Part shown: in pieces, positions 27,987 through 36,089 of the stretch
Numbering within the stretch: the first letter of the stretch is position 1
Layout of the letters: every line of letters starts with the position of its first letter
NCBI GenBank assembly: GCA_030753365.1
Contig: JASMCJ010000008.1
Location: forward strand, 928 to 64,927
Direction of reading: 5' to 3'
Source of the DNA: Candidatus Woesearchaeota archaeon
GTDB lineage: Archaea > Nanobdellota > Nanobdellia > Woesearchaeales > GCA-2687795
Length of the DNA stretch: 64,000 bases
Translations under genes and position numbers: made by a program
Notes under the pieces: model-generated
What the model saw: only the letters and a program-made list of their open reading frames with translations
Database searches by the model: none
What the model was told of the DNA's origin: nothing

Positions 27987-28262
27987 TTAATCATTATAAG
28001 GAGGTTCTTGGGAAGATGCATTTCGTTCTATTATATCTACTCTTTCTGAGAGAGCAATAAGTTTTTGTTCGTCAGAATTATCGAATTTCCTGTCCTGTCT
28101 TCTTTTATATTCTTCAAATCCTATACAAACAGAAATAAGTCCTTCAATAGCAGAAATAGCATAGTTTCCTTTTACTACATTGTGTATAGCATCAACAGCA
28201 AATCCTGAATAAATTAAGAATCCTGCAACATCTACAATCTTTTCAAGCTTAGCTTTGTCCAT
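27987..28262 (-). CDS. Small hypothetical protein
   Basis: 91 aa; no motif. Confidence 0.3.
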   Translation of the reverse strand: MDKAKLEKIVDVAGFLIYSGFAVDAIHNVVKGNYAISAIEGLISVCIGFEEYKRRQDRKFDNSDEQKLIALSERVDIIERNASSQEPPYND

Positions 28263-28295
28263 ATAATTGTATTGAAATGATTAATTCTTTTTAAA

Positions 28296-28850
28296 TTATT
28301 CCTTACTATATAATCCTATAAGCGTTGCTTCTGCAAGTACATGGTCCTGCATGGCTCTTTTTATGTCACCTTTCTTTGATTTTTCTTCTATGCCTAATTT
28401 TGTGTCTAGTGCAAATAGCTTGAAAAAATACCTATGGGTTCCTGAAGGAGGACATGGCCCGCCATATTCATGCTTATTGAAGTCGTTTAAGCCTTGGACT
28501 GCTCCATTGGGAGCTTTGCCTTCTTCTATTTTTGAGATAAGAGGGATGTTCCATATAAGCCAATGGTCCCATGTTCCCATAGGGGCATCAGGATCATCTA
28601 CTATTAATAATAAGCTTTTTGTGTTTTCTGGTATTTCTTCTATGTTTAAAGGGGGGCTTATATCTTTTCCCTGACAGGTGTATTTAGAAGGTATTTTACC
28701 ATTGTTTTCAAAGGCTGGGCTTGTTATTTTTAGTTCTGACATTTTTTCCACCTTGTTTGTTGTTGATGATTGTTTTTGTGAACAGGATGCAAGTAGGAAT
28801 AGAGCAGTTAATATTAATGTTTTGGTGAAAGTAAGGTGGAATGGTTTCAT
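28296..28850 (-). CDS. YbhB/YbcL (PEBP/RKIP) family protein with lipoprotein-type signal peptide
   Basis: DPDAP..WDHWLIWNIP PEBP motifs; N-terminal hydrophobic segment ending LLASCS. Confidence 0.75.
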   Translation of the reverse strand: MKPFHLTFTKTLILTALFLLASCSQKQSSTTNKVEKMSELKITSPAFENNGKIPSKYTCQGKDISPPLNIEEIPENTKSLLLIVDDPDAPMGTWDHWLIWNIPLISKIEEGKAPNGAVQGLNDFNKHEYGGPCPPSGTHRYFFKLFALDTKLGIEEKSKKGDIKRAMQDHVLAEATLIGLYSKE

Positions 28851-28901
28851 ATTATTCTGCTTTTAGTAAGGTTTATTAATCTGTGATTGTAGTTTGATGT
28901 T

Positions 28902-29291
28902 ATGAAACAAAAGGTTCCCCCATCATTAAGGGTATGGTTCTTGATACATTTTGTTGTTGATATGCTGTTTGCAATACCTTTAATTATAAATCCTGTTTGG
29001 TTTCTTAGATTGGTAGGATTTGGTGTTGTTGAGCCGTTTGCAACGAGATTGGTGGGTGCTGCATTGATTGGTATTGGAGGGGTGTCGCTTGCTGCGCATA
29101 AGGCAGGAGTTGAAACTTTTAATTCATTGCTTACATTGAAAATTTTGTGGTCTTTTAGCGCTATGCTGGGAATAATATTAACTTTGATACAGGGAGGGTC
29201 AAAGGTTGGATGGTTTATATTAGCAATGTTCTTTGTGTTTTCAGGTGTGTGGGTTTATTATAAGAAAAGAATAAATAAAAAAATTAACTAA
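28902..29291 (+). CDS. Small membrane protein (hypothetical)
   Basis: 129 aa, 4 predicted TM helices. Confidence 0.35.
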   Translation: MKQKVPPSLRVWFLIHFVVDMLFAIPLIINPVWFLRLVGFGVVEPFATRLVGAALIGIGGVSLAAHKAGVETFNSLLTLKILWSFSAMLGIILTLIQGGSKVGWFILAMFFVFSGVWVYYKKRINKKIN

Positions 29292-29667
29292 CCCATAAAC
29301 CATGAATGTTGCAAAGTTCTCTTGCTGTTATCTCTTCTGTGTTTTCAATTGTGAATTCCGCTTCTGGCTTTTCTCCTGGATAAAGTCTTTTGCATCCAAT
29401 AACCTTCCCTGCCCTGGCTATTTGGATAAGTCCGATGTAATGGCTTTCTTCCATGGGATGTTCTACTTCGCCAACTTTTACTTTTACCTTATTCCCTTTT
29501 ATTTCAACTACTGGAACATGCTTTTCATTGCCTTCCTGTTCCTTTGATTTTTCTTCAAGCAGAATCATTTCACTGCCACAGCAGGATAAGGTTCCTCCAC
29601 CCGCATGAATTATTGAAATTATGTTTCCACAAAGTTTGCATTTGTATATTTCATCTGTTTTTACCAT
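29284..29667 (-). CDS. dfx: Desulfoferrodoxin (2Fe superoxide reductase)
   Basis: N-terminal desulforedoxin Cys4 (CKLCGN..SCC) and C-terminal SOR domain with the HVPV..H..C..H iron site; 127 aa. Confidence 0.85.
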   Translation of the reverse strand: MVKTDEIYKCKLCGNIISIIHAGGGTLSCCGSEMILLEEKSKEQEGNEKHVPVVEIKGNKVKVKVGEVEHPMEESHYIGLIQIARAGKVIGCKRLYPGEKPEAEFTIENTEEITARELCNIHGLWVS

Positions 29668-29669
29668 AT

Positions 29670-30578
29670 TTAATCACCTTTTTTTGAAGCTAAATATCTT
29701 GCTGCCTTGATTAGTGCCATGCAGCCCTGCCCTGCAGCAATTATGTATTGATATTCATGACCTGATGCGCAGTCGCCTGCTGCAAAGATGCCTGGGGTGG
29801 TTGTATGTCCCTGACAGTCTATCTGAATATGTTTATGTTCGTCAAGCTTGACTATGTTTTTGAATGGTTCTGTGCTGGGGACTCTTCCAATCTCTATTAT
29901 TATGCCTTTGACGTTTAGTTGTTTTTCCTTTCCAGTTTGGCTATATTTTATTCCTGTTACGAATTTATTGCCTAAGATTTCTTTGGTTTCTGTGTTGAGG
30001 ATGATTTCTACTTTAGGGTTTTTCTTTACTCTTTCCTGTAGATATTCATGAGCTTTGAATTCGCTATCACGTAGAATAAGATAGATTTTTGAGGCTATGT
30101 CTTTCATAAAATCAACAGCTTCAAGAGCTGCATCTCCCCCGCCTATTACTGCTACTTCTTTATCTGAGAATAAGGGACCATCACAGATTGCACAGTAGGT
30201 TACACCCTTGTTTGCAAATTTCTGCTCTCCCGGAATGTTGAGCTTTCTTGCATTTGAGCCGGTAGCTATGATAACTGTCTTTGTCTCATATTGTTCTTTG
30301 TTTGTGATTACAAGGAAGTTTGAGGCTTTCTTTTTTATGTTCTTTACGGTTTCTAGTGAGACATTCACATTGTTGAATTTTGCCTGTTTTTCAAGAATTG
30401 AGCTAAATCCTACCCCTGTTGTTTTGACTATGCCAGGATAGTTGAGTACTTCTCCGCTTACCATGAACTGGCCACCAAAGATTGAAGAAAGAATCTTATA
30501 GTTCATCCTCTTTCTTGAAGCATAGATTGCTGCGGTTAAGCCTGATATGCCTGCACCGATTATTGTTGTGTCGTACAA
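29670..30578 (-). CDS. trxB: Thioredoxin-disulfide reductase
   Basis: FAD site GAGISGLTAA, redox-active CAICDG, NAD(P) site AVIGGGDAALE; 302 aa. Confidence 0.85.
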   Translation of the reverse strand: MYDTTIIGAGISGLTAAIYASRKRMNYKILSSIFGGQFMVSGEVLNYPGIVKTTGVGFSSILEKQAKFNNVNVSLETVKNIKKKASNFLVITNKEQYETKTVIIATGSNARKLNIPGEQKFANKGVTYCAICDGPLFSDKEVAVIGGGDAALEAVDFMKDIASKIYLILRDSEFKAHEYLQERVKKNPKVEIILNTETKEILGNKFVTGIKYSQTGKEKQLNVKGIIIEIGRVPSTEPFKNIVKLDEHKHIQIDCQGHTTTPGIFAAGDCASGHEYQYIIAAGQGCMALIKAARYLASKKGD

Positions 30579-30647
30579 ATTAGTTGCCTCTTTTATTAGG
30601 GAATTTATGATTAGAAGTATATTAGTAGATATAGTATAATAAAGTTA

Positions 30648-30911
30648 TTATTTTAGCTTTGAAGAGCGGTTTTTGCCTCCTGTTTTGTAAGGAGTATATT
30701 CACCTTTGGCTTTTTGTGATGTTCGTTCCTCAGGCGTTTCTTCATAGATTTCCCTTTCATCATAGCCGCAGTTGTCACAGACAATGCATTTGATTTGCTG
30801 ATAGTCGACAAGCTTTATTTTGCTTGATTTGCATTTTGGGCAGAGTTTCATTTGATCCATGTTTAAAGAGATTATCCTTTTTATATTTATCCAAAAAATA
30901 ATTAACCCCAT
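30648..30911 (-). CDS. Small zinc-ribbon protein
   Basis: CPKC..CIVCDNCG four-Cys ribbon; 87 aa. Confidence 0.4.
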   Translation of the reverse strand: MGLIIFWINIKRIISLNMDQMKLCPKCKSSKIKLVDYQQIKCIVCDNCGYDEREIYEETPEERTSQKAKGEYTPYKTGGKNRSSKLK

Positions 30912-31285
30912 ATTCCAAGGATTATTCCAATTATTTCAACAATAACATATAACCAGATTATGTAAGCCATTACCCCTATTATTAACGTTATTAAAACAAA
31001 GTTGAGGATCTTTCTTCTTTTCTTCTTTAGTTCATCAATTGTGCAAACTTTCTCCTTCTTATAAATATACCAAAACAACGCACCAATTAAGAAAAATAAA
31101 GCAATTCCCCTAAACGCCCATTTATACTGGCCATATAATGTATTTGATAAAGAGGCTGCAAAGCTTACTGTGCTTATCCCCAGAAGAACTAACACAACAG
31201 GTGTAAAACAGCATAAACCTCCAATAAAGGCCCCAATAGGGATTATTTTCTTAAGAAAAGACTTTTGTTGTTTGCTCAGTTTCAT
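30902..31285 (-). CDS. MerT-like membrane protein with vicinal Cys pair in TM1
   Basis: IGGLCCFTPVVLVLLGIS resembles the MerT CC-GPLVLxALG first-helix motif; 127 aa, 3 TM. Confidence 0.5.
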   Translation of the reverse strand: MKLSKQQKSFLKKIIPIGAFIGGLCCFTPVVLVLLGISTVSFAASLSNTLYGQYKWAFRGIALFFLIGALFWYIYKKEKVCTIDELKKKRRKILNFVLITLIIGVMAYIIWLYVIVEIIGIILGIWG

Positions 31286-31288
31286 TTT

Positions 31289-31606
31289 CTATTCACTTAA
31301 GCAAAGCAGTATAGCCAAATCTTCTTCTGCTTTTAATGAATGAGGAGCATCTTTGGGCATAAAGATAAAAACGCCTGGCTCCATCTTAATATCTTTGTCA
31401 AATAATTTGAAGGTACCTTTACCTTGTAAGACCTGGACACAACCATTCTTTGTTGATGTGTGAGAATCTATATCTGTCCCTTTAGCTAAGCACATTAAAG
31501 TGTAGTTGAAGGTGTCAGATTTGGCTAGAACTTTACTAAAGACACCATCTTTAGGAAATTCCATCATTTCATTAAGGTTCTTAGAGAAACCTTTGTTTTC
31601 TTCCAT
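31289..31606 (-). CDS. Cupin-fold small protein
   Basis: 105 aa with a conserved-barrel pattern (GTD.DSHTS..G..VQVLQG, PKDAPH). Confidence 0.55.
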   Translation of the reverse strand: MEENKGFSKNLNEMMEFPKDGVFSKVLAKSDTFNYTLMCLAKGTDIDSHTSTKNGCVQVLQGKGTFKLFDKDIKMEPGVFIFMPKDAPHSLKAEEDLAILLCLSE

Positions 31607-31609
31607 TTT

Positions 31610-31843
31610 TTATATATTTAAGAGACTTTTAATCTTTTCAACATCAAAACCTACTACAATCTCTCCATCTATGTCTATTACAGGAACGCCCATTTGGCCG
31701 GATTTGTCTATCATCTCTTTGCTAGCCTTCTGATCTTTGCTTACATCAATGTTTTCGAAATCGATATTATGTTCTTTTAGGAATTCTTTTGCCTTTATGC
31801 AGAAAGGGCAGGTTGGTGTACTGTATACTTTTACTTTTGCCAT
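31610..31843 (-). CDS. Glutaredoxin / NrdH-like small redoxin
   Basis: CPFC active site in a 77 aa thioredoxin fold (VYSTPTCPFCIKAK..GVPVI). Confidence 0.8.
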   Translation of the reverse strand: MAKVKVYSTPTCPFCIKAKEFLKEHNIDFENIDVSKDQKASKEMIDKSGQMGVPVIDIDGEIVVGFDVEKIKSLLNI

Positions 31844-31920
31844 TTTTTGCCTCCTTGAATTCGTTTGTTTTTAGTGTATTATATTATATGTGGTTATAAT
31901 AACCTTTTGATTATAATAAT

Positions 31921-32018
31921 AAAAAATCCCAATCGCAGCAAGCTGCGGGGTATTTTTAGTATTTAGTTTGCGTATTAAGCCGATGCAAGCATCGGGGTAT
32001 AAAACCCAAACTAAATAA
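31921..32018. repeat. 99 nt structured repeat unit, identical to 10715..10813; serves as the terminator region of the pentapeptide gene
   Basis: 100% identity to copy at 10715. On the minus strand the HP1 hairpin is followed by ATTTTTT immediately 3' of the stop at 32019. Confidence 0.7.
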
Positions 32019-32684
32019 TTAATATCCTGCCTGATAATAATTGCTTGGTCCTAGCCCATTATTACCCAAGAGAGGTCTTAAAGGATCAAATCCTCCGTAA
32101 AACATATATCCTTTTGGTTTTCTGCTATTTTCCTTTGTTGGAATTCCAAAGTAATTTATATTTACAGCATAAAGATTAGCGCTTCCTGTTATATTTGCCT
32201 GTCCAATATTTTGAACTTTGTACATGTTAGAACCTGAAAGATTTGTTTGCGATAAATAAGATCCGCCAAGATTTGAATATGCAAGGTTCGAGTTAGATAA
32301 ATTAGCTCCTCTAAAATCAGAGTTGCTTAAATTAACTCCACTAAAATCAACGCCTGACAGGTTTTTATTCCTGAAATTTGCTCCTTTTAACTCAACCTTT
32401 TCTTCTCTTCTCCTTGAAATGAAGTTGTTCCACAATTCCTTGTTCTCTGTTATGAATGAAACTAAACTCTCTATATCTCCTTCATTAATAAGGCTGATAA
32501 GCTCAACCAATGACTGCTTTTCTGGAATATCATTAAAGTTTTTATTTTGTGCGGTACCTTCCTCAAAATAAACCTCTGAAGTTTCATTATTCTTCTGGTC
32601 TGTTCGTTTCTTCTTCAATTTCACATTTGCAAGAGCCATCTTTACAACCACATACTTTACAGACTTTTTTACCTGCAAAATCAA
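32019..32684 (-). CDS. Pentapeptide-repeat protein (start possibly at the internal Met at ~32639)
   Basis: Tandem A(D/N)LSxx pentapeptide repeats (GANFRNKNLSGVDFSGVNLSNSDFRGANLSNSNLAYSNL). Confidence 0.65.
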   Translation of the reverse strand: MILQVKKSVKYVVVKMALANVKLKKKRTDQKNNETSEVYFEEGTAQNKNFNDIPEKQSLVELISLINEGDIESLVSFITENKELWNNFISRRREEKVELKGANFRNKNLSGVDFSGVNLSNSDFRGANLSNSNLAYSNLGGSYLSQTNLSGSNMYKVQNIGQANITGSANLYAVNINYFGIPTKENSRKPKGYMFYGGFDPLRPLLGNNGLGPSNYYQAGY

Positions 32685-32720
32685 AACATTCTTTTGTTTC
32701 TTTCATTATTACTACCTTTT

Positions 32721-33284
32721 TTATATTTTCCCAACAAGCTCCAAACTGGGTTTTAATGTTTTTTCTCCAGGTTGCCAGTTCATTGGACAAACTTGCCCTT
32801 TGTGTTCCCTTATGAATTTTGCTGCATTGATTTTTCTTAGCAATTCGTTAATGCTTCTGCCTATATCGTTGTCATGGAATTCGAATGCTTTGATAATGCC
32901 TTCGGGATTGATGATAAATGTCGCCCTTAGTGATAAGCCTTCTTCTTCAATGTATGTGCCATAACTTTTGCTTACTTTTCCTGTAGGGTCGGCTAACATA
33001 GGAAATGTTATTTTTTTAATAGTTTCTGAGTTGTCATGCCATGCTTTGTGCACAAATACAGTGTCAGTGCTTATGCTGATTATTTCTGCACCTATTTCTT
33101 TTATTTTGTTATAATTATCTGCCAGTTCTCCAAGTTCTGTGGGGCAGACAAATGTAAAGTCTGCAGGGTAGAAAAAAAGTATGATCCATTTGCCTTTGTA
33201 ATCGCTTAAACTGATTTTTTTTGTTTCATTATTAATTAAAGCATCTGATGTAAAGTCTGGTGCTTTTTCGTTTATTGTTACCAT
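32721..33284 (-). CDS. Peroxiredoxin (AhpC/TSA family)
   Basis: Peroxidatic Cys motif FTFVCPTE; 187 aa. Confidence 0.85.
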   Translation of the reverse strand: MVTINEKAPDFTSDALINNETKKISLSDYKGKWIILFFYPADFTFVCPTELGELADNYNKIKEIGAEIISISTDTVFVHKAWHDNSETIKKITFPMLADPTGKVSKSYGTYIEEEGLSLRATFIINPEGIIKAFEFHDNDIGRSINELLRKINAAKFIREHKGQVCPMNWQPGEKTLKPSLELVGKI

Positions 33285-33449
33285 TTTACCTTTTATACCA
33301 ATATTAATGGTTTATTCTTCTTATTTGTTTGAAATAGATAGTGAATATTATAATCCATACTTCCATTTAAATCTTTGTTTTAATTTAAGGAAAAAGAAAG
33401 ACAGCTCTGGGAAAAAAGGAGGGAAAACCCAGGGCTGCTTATAGTTAAA

Positions 33450-33610
33450 TGTCAAGAACCACCCATCACAGATGGGTGGCATGAAGGATTTACGCCTAGA
33501 GCCATCCCATTTTTCTTGGTGGTTCTTGAGCATGCTCAGAAATATAACACCTTCCAAAACTGGATTGTGGACTTCGTCCACTGGTTATAAAACCAGTGGT
33601 ATATTTCTGA
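33450..33610 (+). repeat. Diverged third member of the structured repeat family (hairpins preserved by compensatory substitutions)
   Basis: Hairpin CCACCCATC-ACA-GATGGGTGG (copy 1 has CCACCAGTC-AATA-GACTGGTGG). Shared GGTGGCATG and CTTGAGCA blocks. Hairpin CCACTGGTT-ATAAAA-AACCAGTGG (copy 1 has CCACCAGTCTAGACTGGTGG). Outer stem CAAGAACCACC/GGTGGTTCTTG. Confidence 0.55.
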
Positions 33611-33614
33611 CATA

Positions 33615-33752
33615 TTAACCCATTGTGTATTTCCATAAATCATGCTGGATTTGGTCAACTATGTTGGTATAATCAAACATGTTGTCAAACTTTGTTTCCA
33701 TTGAATCTTCCTCATAGCATTTGCCTTTACGGCAGATAATTTTCTGGTTCAT
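33615..33752 (-). CDS. Candidate small protein (45 aa) with GGTGA ribosome-binding site
   Basis: MNQKIICRKGKCYEEDSMETKFDNMFDYTNIVDQIQHDLWKYTMG, with GGTGAAATAA directly before the ATG. Below the 60 aa ORF-track cutoff and unsupported by homology. Confidence 0.25.
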   Translation of the reverse strand: MNQKIICRKGKCYEEDSMETKFDNMFDYTNIVDQIQHDLWKYTMG

Positions 33753-33891
33753 TTATTTCACCTCTAATGACTTAGTTAGAATGAAAAATATATAAAAGTG
33801 ATTACTTTAGAACATAAGAAAAAGGATAAAGAGAGATTTATATTAAAGGAAAAGTTTATTAAGTATTTATGTTAATCTTATATTATATAAA

Positions 33892-34464
33892 ATGACTAAT
33901 GACCCTGAAACGTTTATGAAACTGGAAGAATTTGATAAGAAGATACAGTTCTATGAGAAACTTGGGCTTGATAAGAGAGATAATGTTATACTTTCTATGG
34001 TTTCTAAAAATCCGAGAGTTTCGCAGGAAGAGATTGCAAAGAACATTAAGTTGAGCCAACCATCTGTTGGTGCAAGGATAAGGAAGCTTCAGCAGAAAGG
34101 AGTATTGCATAATGTTAATGGAGTTAATTTTAAGGTTGTAGACCTTAACTTAGCAAAAGTTGATGTTAATTCTACTGATACGAATGCTATAATAGAGGAG
34201 TTTAAGGATTGTCCCTTTTTTATTAATGCATTGATTACATCAGGAAGGCATAATCTTTGTTTGTTGTTTATGGCAACTGACCTTAAACGGCTGGAAGGGA
34301 TTGTGAATCATCATTTGAGAGGCAATCCTAAGGTTAAGGATGTTGAGATGAATATTGTTATTTCTACTGCAAAGGATTTGGTGCTGCCACTGAATATTGA
34401 TTATGAAAATAAAGAGCAAGCTGGTTGTAAACAGGATTGTAAAGATTGTGCTAATAAGTTTTGA
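33892..34464 (+). CDS. Lrp/AsnC-family transcriptional regulator (HTH plus RAM-like domain) with Cys-rich C-terminal tail. The start may be the downstream Met at ~33916.
   Basis: HTH region ILSMVSKNPRVSQEEIAKNIKLSQPSVGARIRKLQQKG, then a RAM-like domain. C-terminal CKQDCKDCANKF. Confidence 0.6.
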   Translation: MTNDPETFMKLEEFDKKIQFYEKLGLDKRDNVILSMVSKNPRVSQEEIAKNIKLSQPSVGARIRKLQQKGVLHNVNGVNFKVVDLNLAKVDVNSTDTNAIIEEFKDCPFFINALITSGRHNLCLLFMATDLKRLEGIVNHHLRGNPKVKDVEMNIVISTAKDLVLPLNIDYENKEQAGCKQDCKDCANKF

Positions 34465-34478
34465 GATTGTTAGTTAGT

Positions 34479-35951
34479 TTATTCTGAGAATACCTGCGCG
34501 CTGTATTTATAGATGTCAACGTTAGGAGATTTCCAACAGTCTTCTGGTGAGCCTTGTTTTAAGCATAGTCTTGATAAGAATCCTTCTTTGTCAGGCAATT
34601 GTTCCCAGACCTGAGGGAGATAGGTTGACTGCTTGTTGTTGTATACAATGATTACTCCATCTTCTAAAGGAGTTAGCTGGTCAAGGTATTCCTGCCAGTT
34701 GTTTGCTTTGATGAGAATTGGTATGTCCAAAACTGAAACTGTTATAGTGATTTTGTCTAGTTCATCTAGCTGGACTGGCTCAAACCTGGTATCTTTGGTG
34801 GCTGCGTTAATGGCATTATCTCTTACAGCAAGGTACATAGGCTGGACTGGCATAAGGCTGCCTATTGAACCTCTTAATATTCCATCTTTTTCTAAGCTGA
34901 CAAAAAGGCCTTTTTTTCTGAAAAGTTTTGGGAATGTAAAGATAAGCTTAGGCTCTAACATTTCATTATCTTTAACGTATAATTCAATGGTGTCTCTTGC
35001 TAAACTAAGCAGTAATGATTTTTCTGAATTACTTAAAGGAGTTTTGTTGTGAGCGACAACAGAACTGTAACCTACAACGCTTTCCTTGTTTCCTGTTGTG
35101 TCACCGCTATTTTTGTAATCAACCACACTGATGTCAAGATTTTTTTGGACGGCTAGCTGAAGGAATGCCAATAAGATGTTGTTGCCGTCAGTTATACATT
35201 GATTTATATTTTTATAGTTATAGGACATTAAAGAGCCTAAGCAGAACCCGTCAAGTTTAAGCGCTTCATTATAAGGATAGTAATGGGATAAGTCAATACT
35301 GAATACGTATAGTGTTTTTCCATCATCATATTCTAATAGTTTGTTTACAAATTCTTCAATTTGATTATCTGTTAATTTTCCCAAAATCATAGGGATGAGC
35401 TTAAAGTTAGGGTTTAATGCCTGGAGGAAGGGAAGCTCAACTTCTATCATTTGCATGTCATGCGCTCCTTCTACTGATTTGAATAAGCCGGATTTGGTGT
35501 TTAATAGTTCATAAGATGTTTTGGAAATTTCTGTTTCTCCAAGAGGAGTTTTATAGTGAGTATATTTGATTGGAAGGGATATGCCATTAAAGTTAATGTC
35601 GGAGTTATGGTTAGAGGCAATTACGAATACTCTTTCATATTGCCTGTCTAATTGTTTAAAGCTTTTAGCAGCTATTTCCCCTGAATATTGGTATCCGGCA
35701 TGAGGCACTATTATCGCATGGACTTCTTCTGATATAGTTTTTTCAGTATTGTCCAGAAAGGATTTGATCAGGCTGTAGAGTTCATTACTATTTTGAGGAT
35801 AGAATTGGCCTGCTGCTACTGGTTCTCTGACTGCTTTTTGCCTGGGTGCGCGGACTATTCCGCCTGTTATGCCACACCCTGAAATGAGTAAGAGGAGTAA
35901 GAGAATGGTGATTGTTAATGACTTTTTTTTATATAGCATAATTACCCCCAA
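34479..35951 (-). CDS. Fusion of MEMO1-family protein (AmmeMemoRadiSam system protein B-like) and AMMECR1 domain, with N-terminal lipoprotein-type signal peptide
   Basis: N-terminus ILLLLLLISGCGITGG. MEMO motif IIVPHAGYQYSG. AMMECR1 region GLFVSLEKDGILRGSIGSL, i.e. the conserved LRGCIG motif with Cys replaced by Ser. 490 aa. Confidence 0.7.
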   Translation of the reverse strand: MGVIMLYKKKSLTITILLLLLLISGCGITGGIVRAPRQKAVREPVAAGQFYPQNSNELYSLIKSFLDNTEKTISEEVHAIIVPHAGYQYSGEIAAKSFKQLDRQYERVFVIASNHNSDINFNGISLPIKYTHYKTPLGETEISKTSYELLNTKSGLFKSVEGAHDMQMIEVELPFLQALNPNFKLIPMILGKLTDNQIEEFVNKLLEYDDGKTLYVFSIDLSHYYPYNEALKLDGFCLGSLMSYNYKNINQCITDGNNILLAFLQLAVQKNLDISVVDYKNSGDTTGNKESVVGYSSVVAHNKTPLSNSEKSLLLSLARDTIELYVKDNEMLEPKLIFTFPKLFRKKGLFVSLEKDGILRGSIGSLMPVQPMYLAVRDNAINAATKDTRFEPVQLDELDKITITVSVLDIPILIKANNWQEYLDQLTPLEDGVIIVYNNKQSTYLPQVWEQLPDKEGFLSRLCLKQGSPEDCWKSPNVDIYKYSAQVFSE

Positions 35952-36089
35952 TACCTTTATACTGAATTTCCTTCTTTTTATATTTTGTGGAAATGGTTAT
36001 TGCAATTTCGACAGTTTAATAAATGAATTATGGTATGGAATAGATAAAAGGAGAAGTTAGGTTTTAGAAATGAGGTGAAATTGTAGGTT

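Noticed and set aside
10715-32018. The two identical 99 nt direct repeats could mark the ends (att sites) of a ~21 kb integrated element
   Set aside because: The interval contains core housekeeping genes (gatB, hisS, lhr-like helicase, ogg, rubrerythrin) and no integrase, replication or structural genes. Multi-copy terminator or MITE-like repeats explain the identity better.
33348-33581. 77 aa ORF on the minus strand
   Set aside because: It is embedded in the diverged structured repeat (33450..33610). It has no ribosome-binding site or homology and its composition reflects the palindromes. Likely spurious.
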